Shown: positions 1 to 15,705 of the stretch, piece by piece
How positions within the stretch are numbered: the first letter of the stretch is position 1
How the letters are laid out: each line of letters begins with the position of its first letter
Origin: the human T2T-CHM13v2.0 reference genome, Homo sapiens
Assembly: GCF_009914755.1 (NCBI RefSeq)
Contig: NC_060934.1
Length of the DNA: 64,000 nucleotides
Reading direction: 5' to 3' (one strand)
Position numbers and translations under genes: made by a program
The notes under the pieces: generated by a model
Told to the model about the DNA's origin: nothing
What the model saw: the letters and a program-made list of their open reading frames with translations, nothing else
Database searches by the model: none

Positions 1-867
1 CAACAAATAAATGCAAAAGAGTGAATGTATATTTTGTTAGCGTGTGGCTCTTTTTTTTACCCTGTGTGCAGCCATGGTACATTGACTGTCAATTGCAACC
101 ATCTTCCTTAGTGACTCCCACATCTTTAAATGTGCACTTTGCCACAATACCCACATTCTCTTGCCCCTGAAAACAGACTAATTGAGAGGGCGTGCTGTAT
201 CACAAAGCATGATTTGCCTAAAAAAAAAGATTGCCATCTCGCTCATTAATTTTACATTACCATACTGTGCTTCTATTGATGTTATCACAATGCTTTCTAC
301 AGCTGCTTACTGCGATTGCAAAAATACACAGATTGTTCTGTCATTAAGAAGAGTAAACGATTTTTTGAGTGATGTAAGGAAAGGAAAAAGTTTTATGATC
401 ATTCTCTCTGGCTATGGTAAACTGTTCTTTGATTACAGTATGAGTTTATGTGTAAACAGTTGCGTGTAATATACATCGTGGTAGAGCTACTTCACTGCTC
501 TGGTGTAATTGAACCATTTTGAGATGTCTTGCTCGCCTGCAGAATGTTAGTTTTATGGCACATAAACGAAAGAGGGTATTGACATTGTTATAAAGATGTG
601 ACTCCATCTCAATTTTTCCTGTTATTCCTAAATCACTGAAAAATGAATGAGAAAGGATGGCCACAGAGGAACTACCAGAGTAGCTGTCATCATGCAGGCA
701 TGTCAATAGACCAGAAAACACCACCACCATTGAAAACACTTTGGAAACAAAAACAGTATTTTGTTGTGGAAAAAAAAGTACTGGACTGGAAATCAGAAAA
801 TGGGTTTGAGATCCCAATCTGTCACTTATTTATGGAACACTATGGGTAAGTGCAGCATATCCCTTTG

Positions 868-1100
868 CTGAGAGCCTGGGCTTTATACATAAGACAGAGC
901 TCCACCACTTACATCGATGGGTGACCTTGAGCAAAGAACTCCATGCGCCTCAGTTTACTTCATCTAGGAAAGTGGGATAATAATAGTACCCAACCCATGA
1001 AGTTGTAAATATTACATGCAATAATGCATGCAAAGTGCTTAGCACAGTGTCTGCTAGACAACAAACATCCAATAAATAATAGATATCATTATTGTTATTA
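868..1100 (+). mobile_element. MIR SINE
   Basis: MIR core 'gtgaccttgagcaa...cctcagtttacttcatctagg...gggataataatagtacc' and tail 'aaagtgcttagcacagtgtctg'. Confidence 0.75.
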
Positions 1101-1208
1101 AGACATGATTCCTGGGCTTTAAGTTCTTCAGCTCTGTAAGGTAACTAGATGAGACAAGATCTAAGGGCTCATCCAGGTATAGTAGTCTATGACTGAACTA
1201 GAGAATGA

Positions 1209-1531
1209 TTTTATTCATTTACTTATGCATGTATTTATTTGTTTGAGAGGGTCTTGCTCTGTCCCCCATGCTGGAGTACAATGATGTGATCCTAGCTCAC
1301 TGCAGCCTCTCTCTTGGGCTTAAAGGGCCTCCCACCCCAGCCTCCAGAGCAGCTAGGACTACAGGTGCATGCCACCACACCTGGCTAATATTTATTTATT
1401 TATTTATTTTTTGTAGAGACAAGATCTTGCTATGTTGCCCAGGTTGGTCTCAAACTCCTGGCCTCAAGCAATCTTCTTGCTTCAGCTTCTCAAAGTGATG
1501 GGATTACAGGCATGAGCCACTGCATCTGGCC
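1209..1531 (-). mobile_element. AluJ, full length
   Basis: Reverse-complement Alu with J diagnostics (gctcactgcagcctc, ctatgttgcccagg, ggcctcaagc). Confidence 0.9.
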
Positions 1532-1615
1532 CTGATTATACTTTACAAAAGAATTTCTCACAAAAAGATTCAAATAAAAATCATATGTCATTTTATTCAT
1601 AAAATATATTAATCA

Positions 1616-1913
<298 letters not shown>

Positions 1914-3047
1914 CTATATTTTAGAAAATTTATGTGTGGTAAAGACCTAAAACTAGCAAAAGTGTGGGGATTGAGATTCTGTTTCTCTGTGTTGTTTATC
2001 TTTCACAGTAGACAAATATTTTGCAGGCAGGGATTATGTCTTATTTGTCTTGGGAATCCTAATGTTCAGCTCACTGAGGGATTTAAAAAAAATGTAAATG
2101 AATAAATGATTTAATGTTAGAAACAAGAAGCCTAAAATCTCTGCCTTTACAGAGAATACTGTTGAGTAATAGGTACTTTAAAGAAAAATAAAGACATTTA
2201 AAAAATCCTTCATGAATTGTGAAGTTTTCAATAGAGTGTTTTAGAGTTGGGGAAGGAGAGCAGAGACCCTCAAGAACTCATAAGACCATGAATTCTGTTG
2301 AAGTTTCAGCCTCAATCCCACATTCTCATTTCAGAGTAAAGACTAGAATTAATGTATCTCAAATGTATATGCCTTTGAGAGTGGAAGCTCCATCTATTCA
2401 TCCAACCACCTGTCCAACATATTCTTCCTGTTCCTTTGGCTTCATTTGAAGAAGGGAGCTGAGAAGAGTTTAGCTTACATCTATGCGACATAACTAGGCC
2501 ACGATTCCTAGCAGTCTATAACTTAATGTTTCTTAAAGGACTGTGACCAAAAATCTGTCTCTCTTGCTATCTGCCATTTCTGAAAGCTAATATTATGCCA
2601 ATGACACGTGATTCTGTTGGGTCAAGCCATTGTTCTCTGCTATTAAATAAGTTTTCCTATCATGAAAAAGAAAAGCATAAAAGGGGCTAAAAAGTAAAAA
2701 AAAAAACCCTTGGACTGAAATTTGCAATTTTAGTGAGAACGGCCAAAGAAGGCCTCACTGAGGATGTGACATTTGAGTACAGACAAGAATGTGAGGGAGT
2801 GAGCCACTTTGATATCTGGGGGAAGAACATTCCAGATGGAGGGGGAACACCAGATGCAGGGGAAACAGGTGCAAAGGCTCTGATGGGGAGTCTGATTCAT
2901 GTGTTGAAGGAACAGGAAGAAACTGGTGTGGCTGAGATGGAGGGAGCACAGCAGGAGATGCAGTCAGAGAAGGAAAGGGGAGGAGGCCCAGGTCCTACAG
3001 GGCCTTTCAAAGGATTTGGCTTTTACTTTGAGTGAAAAGAAATTCCT

Positions 3048-3580
3048 TGCTTGAGGCCAGAAGTTCAAGACCATCCTGTGCAACATAGCAAGATCTTGAC
3101 CCTACAAAAAAATTTAAAAATTATCGGCCAGGCGCAGTGGCTTACAACTGTAATCCCAGCACTTTGGGAGGCCAAGGCGGGCAGATCACGAAGTCAGGAG
3201 ATCAAGACCAGCCTGGCCAACATGATCAAACCCCATCTCTGCTAAAAATACAAAAATTAGCTGGGCGTGGTGGCGCATGCCTGTTATCCCAACTACTTGG
3301 AAGGCTGAGGCAGGAGAATCATTGAACCAGAGAGTTGGAGGTTCCAGTGAGCCGAGATTGCGCCACTGCACTCCAGCCTGGCAACAGAGCGAGACTCTGT
3401 CTCAAAAAATAAAATAAAATAAAATAATTCCAGGTGTGGTAGCATGGACTTGTATTCTTAGCTGTTCCAGAGACTGAGGTGGGAGGATCTTTGAGCCCAG
3501 GAGAGAGGCTGCAGTGAGCTAGGATCACATCACTATGCTCCAGCATGGGGGATGGAGCAAAACCCTATCTCAGAGAAAAC
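3048..3580 (+). mobile_element. 5'-truncated AluJ split by an inserted AluSc
   Basis: Left-arm part 3048-3125 and right arm 3430-3575; no poly(A) tail; ~22-bp imperfect flanking direct repeats (3021-3042 / 3583-3604). Confidence 0.85.
3126..3425 (+). mobile_element. AluSc-like inserted in the AluJ A-rich linker
   Basis: gatcacgaagtcaggagatcaagacc and cctggcaacagag diagnostics; (AAAAT)n tail. Confidence 0.9.
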
Positions 3581-3605
3581 TGTTTTACTTTGAATGAACA
3601 GAAAA

Positions 3606-3829
3606 CTCTGTTGCCCAGGCTGGAGTGCAGTGGCACGATCATAGCTCACTAAAATGTTGAACTCATAGGTTCAAGCGCTCCTTCTGTCTCAGCCTCCCAA
3701 GTAGCTGGGAGTGTGAGTGGAGTCTTACTATGTTGCCCAAGCTGGTCTCAAACTCCTGGCCTCAAGTGGCCCTCCTGCCTCAACCTCCCAAAGCACTAGG
3801 ATTACAGGTGTAAGCCACCGAACCCGGCC
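3606..3829 (-). mobile_element. AluJ with internal deletion
   Basis: Right arm joins left arm at ~3712, linker and tail missing. Confidence 0.85.
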
Positions 3830-5771
3830 AGATTTTGGAGTCTGAAGAGAGAGGCAACTTGACCTGAGTTGTTCAAAGTGGATTCCTTTGGCTGCTGTGC
3901 TAAAGATAGTTGGAGAACGGGGAAGAGGAATAAAGAACATCACTTAGGAAGCTGTTGCTTCTTGGATAAAGAAGTGATCATGGTGGCTTGGAGCATCATA
4001 GTAGAACTGATGACAACGAGTTACATCCAGGATAAATGGTGAAAGTAGAGCTATAGGATTTTCTTACAGATAAAATTTAAGATAAGAGACAAGGAGAGGA
4101 ATCAAAGATGAGCAGATAGAAGGAAACCAGTTCCATTGGCTTCAATGTTAAGACTGTGGGAAAAACAGGTTTAAAGGGAAATATTAGAAGCTCAGCCTTT
4201 TGCTTGTTTGGTTTGAGGTATGTAGGAGCAGGCATCTGAGCAGAAAGCTAGAGAGTCTGAAGCTCAGGGTCTGAAGTTATAGCTGAAGGCTTAAGTTAGT
4301 AAATATCAGTGAGTAGATGGTATTTAAAGCTCTGAAACTGAATGAGATGACACAGACAAAGTGGATAGATAGAAGAGGATGGTCCAAACACTAAGCGTGG
4401 CAGTAATTGAATGTTTTAAATGGGTACCTCCAGAAAAACCAGCAAGAATCCAAGGACTGGCTAGTGAGGAAAGAGGAAAGCCAGGAACATGCGGATCCTG
4501 GAAGTCAAGTCACAGAGTATACTAAGGAAGATCCTGGGGACCAGAGGGTCTAACGCTGCTTGTAAGTCCAGTCAGATGATGAAAGAGAATTGACCATTTG
4601 CAACATGCTGGTCAACCCATGAAGTGATCATGGAAGTTCTGGTGGCGTCAGCAAAACCCTGATGGAGAGAACGTAGCAGAGAATGGGTGGAGGAAAATTG
4701 CAGAGAACATGTATGGTAAAAGCCCAATTTGATTCTATTAAAAAGAAAAGGAGAGAATGGGGGTGACAGCAATAGGGAAATGGTCTCTAGAGATGGGTTT
4801 TTTGGTTTGTTTTGTTTTTTCTAAGATGAAAGAAATAGTCACATATTTGAGTGCTGATGGGAAAAACCCACTGGAGCGAAAAATGTGACAATGTAGGAGA
4901 AAGAGAAAAATTGTGAGGAAAATTCCCTGGTTTGAGAAAGGAAAATACCTACTGAACAAGTTGACCAGTTGGTTTTAGCTAAAGATCAGGGACAGTTGAA
5001 ATAGGCAAGTTTATGTGGTTCTTTATTTTCATTCTTTTCTAATGATGAAAATAGATGGGCATTTTTCTTAAGTTCGCATTTGATTAACAGAAGAGCCCCG
5101 GAGCTATTATTCTAACATTGCAGATGTTATGGAAATCATTTTAATTCAGCAAATAGCACTTTAACCTGACTTTTCAGGAATGCATCTGTTGCCTGACATA
5201 AATTACTCCTAAACAATATAGCTCATTTCTGGCATCGGCCTTGGCACACTGGTTTTTAGGAACAGACTTTTAAATATAAGTTTACCATACAGCGTATGCT
5301 TTCTTTATAACAGAAATAATGTAATAATATCTCATATCTGAATTATCTTTCTATACTATGATGCAATAACCTTTTAAATTCCCTTTGATTACGCCCCATC
5401 TTCTCAGAATACCAATAGCCCCTATCATATATGTCATTTGTTCAACACTTCATCAACTAGAACCTTGTATTGTTACCTATTTCCTGTGTGTGTGATATAT
5501 ACACGTGTGTACACACCTAGCCATGAATATGTTACGACTAACTATAGAATATGGTCCACTTTTGCTTGTATTTCTGCATTGCTGATGATGACTGAAGCAG
5601 TGACCTAAAAACAAGCAAAACCAGGAAATTCCTGGAGAAGCAGTCATTGCCATACTGTCATAAATGCAGAGGTAGGAAACAAATAGAAGCATGAGTGCAT
5701 GGTGAAATAAGTCTCCTGAACTACTGGGCTCAACACAAATGGCAAGCCTATATGCATTCCTCAAAAGATGA

Positions 5772-6462
<691 letters not shown>

Positions 6463-7029
6463 TAGGCAAAAAACATATCCTGAGGAAGAGATCAACTGAA
6501 AATAAAATTCTTAGGACATACATCTTCCAGCATAAACCTCATATAGGGAAGTTGAATGTCACATATGCAGAATATGAAAGGTCAAATGTCATCCTTCATT
6601 GTGATTTGAGATCACAAGGATTTTCACCCTTGTACCATGTCAGGTATAACTTGTACCAGCTCTTCTTTCTCACATAAGGTTGATTCTCCTCTAGGACTCA
6701 CAGTAGGACTTTTCTTCTCGCTGTAGGTTTCTCAAAGAAAAGTCTTATATTATCTTATATTATGGTAGCAGGCACATAATAGCACTGGAAATACATTTGT
6801 TAAATTAAATGTTCACAGAGGGATCTTCCAGTGATAACAAACATTTTTGTGGATTGCAATTCTTAGTTACTGGGTAGTACATGTTAAACCAAAATTGTGG
6901 CAAACATTATTTGCAGTAATGAACTAGAAAGTGCAAATTACTATGCTAATCAATAGCTTCTTACTGAAAATGATACATTTTAACATTTATTAGACTTAAC
7001 TCTGTTGACAAAAGTTACAATCATTTTTT

Positions 7030-7900
7030 TTCTGCATTTTCTGAGAAATGCAAAAAAGCACAAAAAAGAAAAATAATTCGAATTCATTGTTAACAGTTTA
7101 TTATTCACTGGGATAAATATTTTTCTATATAGTTGGCATTTTATAGTACCTGTTTTACAACATCGTTTTTGACATAATTAATAATATTATGTGAATAGTT
7201 TTCTATGTCATTAGTTTTCTAAAACATCCTTTCTAATGGCTGCATTACTATACAGATACACTATAATTTATTTAGCAAATTCTCTATTGTTGGTCATTAA
7301 TATTATTCCTAAATTTTAAGTATCATAAATGATGCTAAAATAAATTTTTCAATGAATCAATTGCCTAACATTTATATCTATTTCTTTAGGTTAAATTCAT
7401 CAAAGTGGAATTATTTTATCAAAGAGCAATTATTTCATCAAAGAGTAAGCATTATCAGGGCTTTGAATGCATGCTGCCAAATGGTTCTACGGAGAAACTA
7501 AGTTACATTCATTACAGAGAAAAATACTGTTTTCTCTATGATCTGATATTAGTCTGGGCAAGTTTCCTCCTTCTTTAAAAAGAGAGTATTATCAATTTTG
7601 AAAAATCTGACAGATGAAAAAATAACTCATTTTAATTTGCATTCCTTTGAATGCTGGTAAGTCAGAGTTTTTTCAAATTTTTTGGTTGTTTATAGTTCGT
7701 ATTTTGCAAATTGTATTTATGTTTTTGCTTTGGTATGGTTCTCTTACATTGATATGCTCTTCTTTTGCTTTTCATTTGTATATTTGTATATCAAGGACAT
7801 TAGCTGTTTGCTCTCACACGTCATAAATATGTTTGTTTTTAATTGTATTAAACGTTGTTTTTGACCTACAGAATTTTTTTAATGGTGAAATCTATTGATT
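7030..7900 (-). mobile_element. Old L1 (L1ME-like) 3' region; probably continues at ~9610-10160
   Basis: 'aatggctgcatt', 'ctattgttggtcatt', 'tgctgccaaatgg', 'ttttaatttgcatt' L1M antisense motifs. Confidence 0.65.
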
Positions 7901-8275
7901 TTTAGGTAGCAAGTATTTGTATTTTGGCTTCCTGGCATCCATTTCCAGTTTCCTTCCTCCACTCTCTTTTAGGTACAACCTAGGAAAACTGTAATGAGAA
8001 GCCCCACCCTACTTTGGCCACAGGGTGAATATGTGATCAAAATTAGGCCCACAGGACATGCACTCTTCAACATTTAAATTTTAGCTGAGGAACAAAGAAA
8101 CTGAAAAAGGTTAGAATTCACCTAATTCCTGTTGAAGTGCTCTGACCAGACTGTTTCTTACTGTAAAATTCTTTCTACAGCTTTCAATTTCCTCCCCCAA
8201 GCCTTCCCATTTCTAAGCATTTCCATCCATTCTGTGAGCTCTTGATATTAGTCCAAAGACTACCTTTTTCTTTAA

Positions 8276-8645
8276 TGAATCAGTCAGTATAAGCAAGACT
8301 ATGCCAAGGTAACATCAACAACAAAAAAAAACCCAGAAACCTCAGCCAAGTTCATTTCTCACTCAAGTTCTGTGTTGGCAGGAAGGTTTTGTTCCTTATG
8401 GTCACTGAGGACTCAAGCCAAGAGAACTTTAATATTAATACATGCTGCCATGACTACAGGGACAGGGGAAAAAGCAGGTTAAATCTCTGAAATGTTCTGC
8501 TCAAAAATGAAACACCGTCACTTTTGCTTACTTTTCATCAGTCAAAACATGTCACATGGCCCAGCAAGATGCTATAGAGGAAGAAAAGTATAATCCTTCT
8601 CTGAAGAGAGGCAGTAAATATTTGGACATAATATTAGAATCTACT
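8276..8645 (-). mobile_element. MLT1 (MaLR) LTR
   Basis: 'tcagtcagtataagcaagactatgc...gtaac' start and 'gtcacatggccc...aagtataatcct' motifs. Confidence 0.65.
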
Positions 8646-8649
8646 GTCC

Positions 8650-9545
8650 TTTTTTTAATTTTATTTTTCCATAGGTTATTGGGGTACAGATGGTGTTTGC
8701 TTATATGAGTAAGTTCTTTAGTAGTGGATTTCTGAGATCCTGGTGCACCCATCACCTGAGCAATATACACTGCACTGTATTTGTAGCCTTTTATCCCTCA
8801 CCCCCCTCCCATCCTTCCCCCCAAGTCCCCAAAGTCCATTGTATCATTCTTATGCCTTTTCATCCTCATAGCTTAGCACCCACATATCAGTGAGAACATA
8901 CAATGTTTGGTTTTCCATTCCTGAGTTACTTCACTTAGAATAATAACCTCCAATCTCATGCAGGTCACGCTAATGCTGTTAATTCATTCCTTTTTATGGC
9001 TGAGTAGTATTCCATTGCATATATATACCACAGTTTCTTTATCCATTCGTTGATTGATGGGCATTTGGGTTGGTTCCACGATTTTGTAATTGTGATTATG
9101 CTGCTATAAACATGCGTGTGTAAATATCTTTTTTGTATAATGACTTCTTTTCTTCTGGGTAAATACCCAGCAGTGGGATTGCTGGATCAAATGGTAGTTC
9201 TACTTTTAGGTCTTTAATGAACCTCCACACTGCTTTCCATAGTGGTTGTACTAGTTTACATTCCCACCAGTAGTTTAGAAGTGTTCCCTGATCACCCCAT
9301 CTATGCCAACATGTACTGATTTTTTTTTTAATGTTCATTCTTGCAGGAGTAAGGTGGTATTGCATTGTTGTTTTGATTTGCACTTCCCTAATCATTAGTG
9401 ATGTTGAGCATTTTTTCATATGTCTATTGGCCATTTGTATATCTTCTTCTGAGAATTGTCTATTCATGTCCTTAGCCCACTTTTTGATGGGATTGGTTTT
9501 TTTTGTTTGTTTTTTTCCTTGCTGATTTGTTTGAATTCATTATAG
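8650..9545 (-). mobile_element. L1PB 3' end, 5'-truncated
   Basis: L1PB 3' UTR 'ggttattggggtacag...aagttctttagt'; ORF2 C-terminal remnant in ORF 9096-9467; TSD agaa[t/a]ctact. Confidence 0.9.
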
Positions 9546-10163
9546 AGAAACTACTAACCTTAATCAGAGGGTTTTCTAGTTGCTTATAACCAAAGAACCT
9601 TGATGGTACAATTTTTCTTTTGGAGTTCTGTCTTTCATATGTTTAGAAAGATCTTCCCAAGAAGAATTATAAAAATGTTTCTTGAAATTGTCCTCTAGCT
9701 TGTTTAGAGCTTTTAATCTAAACTTCCCAAATTGGTGTTATACTTTGAAAATAAAAAGAGTTCCATGTAATTATGCCAAATGAATTTCATAGACTTCACC
9801 ATAAAACTATTTTTTCATGTTAACCCTATTAATAGCTCACATGTTAGTGTTCCTTCAAACACATTTAGAAAATGCTATTTTCTCTTAACTGGAATTTATT
9901 TTGTTTGCCAGGAGGTAGAGGTCTACATTTTTAATCCAAAGAGGTAACCAATTGTCCTGACACCATAGATTAAATAAATTTTACTTTACCTAGTAGTTTG
10001 ATATGTTATTTTTATCAGAAACCAAATTTTTATCTATACTCGGGGTTGATTCTGGTGTTTATGTTTCATTGCTCTTTCTTTCAGTTTTGGCACAAGCAAT
10101 ACATTGTTTTAATCATTATGGTTTTATCATGTTTATTTATCCATTACTGCAGGTCTTTTGCAA

Positions 10164-10469
10164 CTTTTTTTTTTTTTTCTTTTTTGAGACAGAGTTTTGC
10201 TCTTTCACCAGGCTGGAGTAAAGTGGCGCCATCTCAGCTCACTGCAACCTCCACTCCCCGCCCAGTTGAAGTGATTCTCCTGCCTCTGCCTTCCAAGTAG
10301 GTGGGATTACAGGCATGTACTACCACGGCCGGCTAATTTTTGTATTTTTAGTAGAGACGGGGTTTTGCCATGTTGGCCAGGCTGGTCTCGAACTCCTGAC
10401 CTCAGATGATTCACCCACCTTGGCATCCCAAAGTGCTGGGATTACAGGCTTGAGCCACCATGCCCAGCC
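10164..10469 (-). mobile_element. AluS
   Basis: Full-length reverse Alu with poly-T. Confidence 0.92.
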
Positions 10470-10719
10470 TTTTGGAACTCTTTACCTGTTTGTTTGTTTG
10501 TTTCCATATTTCCATTCAATATTTTACCAGACTAGAGTACCTACTAATGCAGGGAATTGTAATAGGCAAATCACCTGAGAGGCATTAGTCATACATACAA
10601 CTTATATTCCAATGAATGTATAGTTATTAAACAGTTAATTACACAAGTTATTTATTACAATTTTTATACATTGTATCTTCATACAATGTGGGGCCATAAA
10701 ATTAAGAGGAAATATACTT

Positions 10720-11128
10720 AAGTCCTCCTTGAAATATGTGACTTTGAACTGGTTCTTAAAGGACAGGAAAGAAGTAACTAGGACAAAAGGAAAGGGAAGA
10801 GAAATTAAAGCATGAAAAATAGTAAAGGTCTTGAGATGCAAACATACTAAGCATTCAGGAAACTAAAGCCATAGTGCCCAGGGCATGGAGCAGGTCAGGA
10901 AAAGAAGCCCACGATGTGCCTGGCGAGGGCAGAGGGAGCCATGTGATCTAGAACCTTGGAAACTGTAAGGAGAATTTAGCTTTGATTTTAACAGTAAGAG
11001 GAAGCTATGAAAGGACTTTAAGCAGTGGGGTTACAAGATCAGATATTCCCCCTTATTATTGTTTAAGAAAAACTAAATAAATTGAGGCTGCTGCGGACAG
11101 GAGTTGAAAAAGAAGAAACCAGTTAGGG
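10720..11128 (-). mobile_element. L2 fragment
   Basis: 'gtgactttgaactgg', 'gaagctatgaaaggactttaagcag', 'gatcagat'. Confidence 0.65.
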
Positions 11129-11129
11129 A

Positions 11130-11359
11130 AGTGGTCCCCAACCTGTTTGGCACCACGGACCGGTTTGGTAAAAGATAATTTTTCCATGGATGGGGTAGGG
11201 GAGATGGTTTTGGAATGACTCAAGCTCATTACATTTATTGTGCACTTTATTTCTATTATTATTACATTGTAATATAAAATGAAGTAATTATACAACTCAC
11301 TATAATGTAGAATCAGTGGTAACCCTGAGCTTGTTTTCCTGCAACTAGACAGTCCCATC
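11130..11359 (+). mobile_element. MER1A (hAT-Charlie MITE), truncated
   Basis: 'gtggtccccaacctgtttggcacc...gaatcagtggtaaccctgagcttgttttcctgcaactagacagtccc'. Confidence 0.85.
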
Positions 11360-11435
11360 AATATTTGAGTGTCTTCTCTACATATTTATTGTAAGACTAA
11401 ATTTTAGGAGTTGTGTTTTCTGGTTGCTGTTATGA

Positions 11436-11651
<216 letters not shown>

Positions 11652-11692
11652 TAATTTTTTAATGTATTTTTCCCCATTGCCACTTTCTCTGA

Positions 11693-12240
<548 letters not shown>

Positions 12241-12255
12241 TAGAACATCAAAGTG

Positions 12256-12460
12256 CAGTGCTTTCAAAGAACATTTTATACCCATCTAACAGAGTTACAC
12301 AAACAAAGGATTCCAGGGTCAAATGAGTTGGGGAAACACCAACTTCATCAAGGCAAAACCGATTTCTTCAATGCATTTGCTGTCTCACAATCCTCATCTG
12401 TTTGTCCTGAATATCCAAAAAAGAATCTAGTATACACCATTTGCCAAATTTATTTGAACA
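12256..12460. mobile_element. MER103-like hAT-Charlie relic
   Basis: 'ggattccagggtcaaatgagttggggaaacac' and 'catttgccaaatttatttgaaca' internal inverted motifs. Confidence 0.5.
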
Positions 12461-13263
12461 TACAAGTATACCACAGAGCTATTGTAGGTTCAGTTCCAGA
12501 TCACCATGATAAAGTGAATACAGCAATAACACAAGTTACACACATTTTTTGGTTTCCCAGTGCATTTAAAAGTTACGTTTCCATTATACTATAGTCTATT
12601 AAGTGTGCAATAGCATTATGTCTAATAAACAATGTATATACAGTAATTTTAAAAATTTTATTGCTAAAAGTATGCCAATGATCATCTGAGCCTCTATGTT
12701 GATGGCTGCTGACTGATCAGGGTGGCGGTTGCTGAAGGCTGGAGTGGCTGTGGCAGTTTCTTAAAATAAGACAATAATGAAGTTGGCTGCATCCACTGGC
12801 TCTTCCTTTCACAAAAGATTTCTCTATAGTAGGCGATGCTGTTTGACAGCATTTCACCCACAGTAGAACTGCTTTCACAATTGCAGTCAGTCCTCTCAAA
12901 CCCTGCTGCTAACTTTATGGAATATTCTAAATCTTTTGTTGTCATTTCAACAATGTACACAGCATTTTCACCAGAAGTAGTTTCTACATCAAGAAAGCAA
13001 TTTCTTTACTCATCCATAAGAAGCAACTCCTCATCCATTCAAGTTTTCTCATGAGATGGAGGCAATTCAGTCCCATCTTCAGGCTCCGCTTCTACTTCCA
13101 GTTCTCTTGCTATTTCTACCACATCTGCAGGTACTTCCTCCACTGAAGTATTGAACTCCTCGAAGTCATCCGTGAGGGCTGGGATCAACTTCTTCCAAAC
13201 TCCTGTTAGTGTGGGTATTTTGACTTCCTCCCATGAATTACAAATGTTCTTAATGGCATCTAG

Positions 13264-13656
<393 letters not shown>

Positions 13657-14499
13657 TAAATGTGTTTCTTAAATAGCAAGACTTGAATGTTGAAATTTCC
13701 TTGATCCATGGGCTGCAGAATGCATGTTGTGTTGACAGGCATGAAAATAACATTAATCTTCCTCTTCATCAGAGCTCTTGGGTGACCAGGTGTACTGTCT
13801 ATAAGCAGGGATATTTTGAAAGGAATCTTTTTTTTTTTTCTGAGAAATAGGAATCTTTTTGTATCAACAGTGGGCTTAAAATGTTCAGCAAGCCATGCTG
13901 TAAACAGATGTGCTTTCATCCAGACTTTGTTATTCCATTTCTAGAGCACAGGCAAAGTCGATTTAGCATAATTCTTAAGGACCCTAAGATTTTTGAAATA
14001 GTAAATGAGCATTGGCTTCAACTTAAAGTCATCAGCTGCATTAACCCCTAACAAGAGAGTCAGCCTGTCCTTTGAAGCTTTGAAGCCAGGCATTGACCTC
14101 TCTAGCATTTCTATCTAGAAAATGCCTGGATGGCATTTTCTTCCAACAGAAAGCTGTTTCATCTACGTTGAAAATCTTCTGCTCCGTGTACCCACCTTCA
14201 TCAGTGATCTTAGCTAGATCTGGGTAACTTGCTGCAGTTTCTCCATCAGCACTTGCTGCTTCACTTTGCACTTTTATGTTAAAGAAAGATGGCTTCTTTC
14301 CTTAAACATCATGATCCAACTTCTGCTAGCTTCCAGTTTTCCTTCTGCAGCTTCCTCACCTCTCTCAGCCTTCATAACATTGAAGAGAGCTAGGAGGTTA
14401 CTCCGGATTAGGCTTCAGCTTAAGGAAATGTGCTGTGGCTGATTTGATATAGGCAAAAAGGCTGTTTCACTTTCTTATCACTGTTCACTGGAGTAGCAC

Positions 14500-14803
14500 T
14501 TTTTTTTTTTTTTTTTTTTTGAGATGGAGTCTAGCTCTGTCTCCCAGGCTGGAGTGCAGTGGCTTGCACTCCAAGCTCACTGCAAGCTCTGCCTCCCGGG
14601 TTCACGCCATTCTCCTGCCTTAGCCTCCTGAGTAGCTGGGACTATAGGCACCCACCACCACGCCTGGCTAGTTTTTTGTATTTTTGGTAGAGACGGGGTT
14701 TCACCATGTTAGCCAGGATGGTCTTGATCTCCTGATCTCATGATCCACCTGCCTCGGCCTCCCAAAGTCCTGGGATTACAGGCGTGAGCCACCGTGCCTG
14801 GCC
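14500..14803 (-). mobile_element. AluY inside Tigger1
   Basis: tgcaagctc, cgccattctc, ttagccaggatgg; TSD agtagcacttttt. Confidence 0.95.
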
Positions 14804-15127
14804 TGAAGTAGCACTTTTGATTTCCTTCAAGGAACTTTTCTTTTGCCTTCACAACTTGACTAACTGCTAGGCCTAGTGTTGTCCTGTCTTTCCTTTCCAA
14901 ATGCCTTCCTCACTAGCTTAATCATTTCCAGCTTTTGATTTTAAGCAAGGGATGTGTGACTCTTCCTTTCACTCGAACATTGGGGGCCATTGTAGGGTTA
15001 TTAATTGGCCTAATTTCAACACTGTTGTGTCCCTGGGAATAGAGAGACCTATTCTCCAAAGAGAAAAGAGGGAGAGAGAAAGAAGATTGGCCTGTCAGTG
15101 GAGCAGTCAGAACACATGCAAAATTCA

Positions 15128-15438
<311 letters not shown>

Positions 15439-15705
15439 TCAAGTTGACTGGCACCCCAAAACAATTATAATAGTAACATCTAAGCTCACTGATCACAGAT
15501 CACCATAGCAGATATAATGATAATGAAAATGTTTGAAAGAATTACCAAACTGTGACCCGGAGACACGAAGTGAGCACATGTTATTGGAAAAAATGGCATT
15601 GACAGATGTGCTCCAGACAGGGTGGCCACAAACTTTCAATTGGTGAAATAAACAAAGTGCAGTAAAACGAGGTATACCCATCTTTACCCCCACTTTTCTG
15701 TCCTC

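Larger units (their letters stand above)
2725..4990 (-). mobile_element. L2 LINE relic interrupted by three Alus (3048-3829)
   Basis: L2 antisense motifs 'gaaggcctcactgaggatgtgacatttgag', 'ggctgctgtg', 'atggtatttaaagc', 'gcaaaaccctgatggag'. Confidence 0.75.
7905..9610 (+). mobile_element. ERVL LTR (LTR16/LTR33-like) split by MLT1 and L1PB insertions
   Basis: 5' part 7905-8275; typical 3' end 'tgcttataaccaaagaaccttgatggtaca' at ~9560-9610. Confidence 0.55.

Noticed and set aside
643-851. 68-aa ORF ending at a GTAAGT donor-like site
   Set aside because: The 3' half is MIR-like, there is no acceptor or recognisable domain, and a lone donor motif is insufficient
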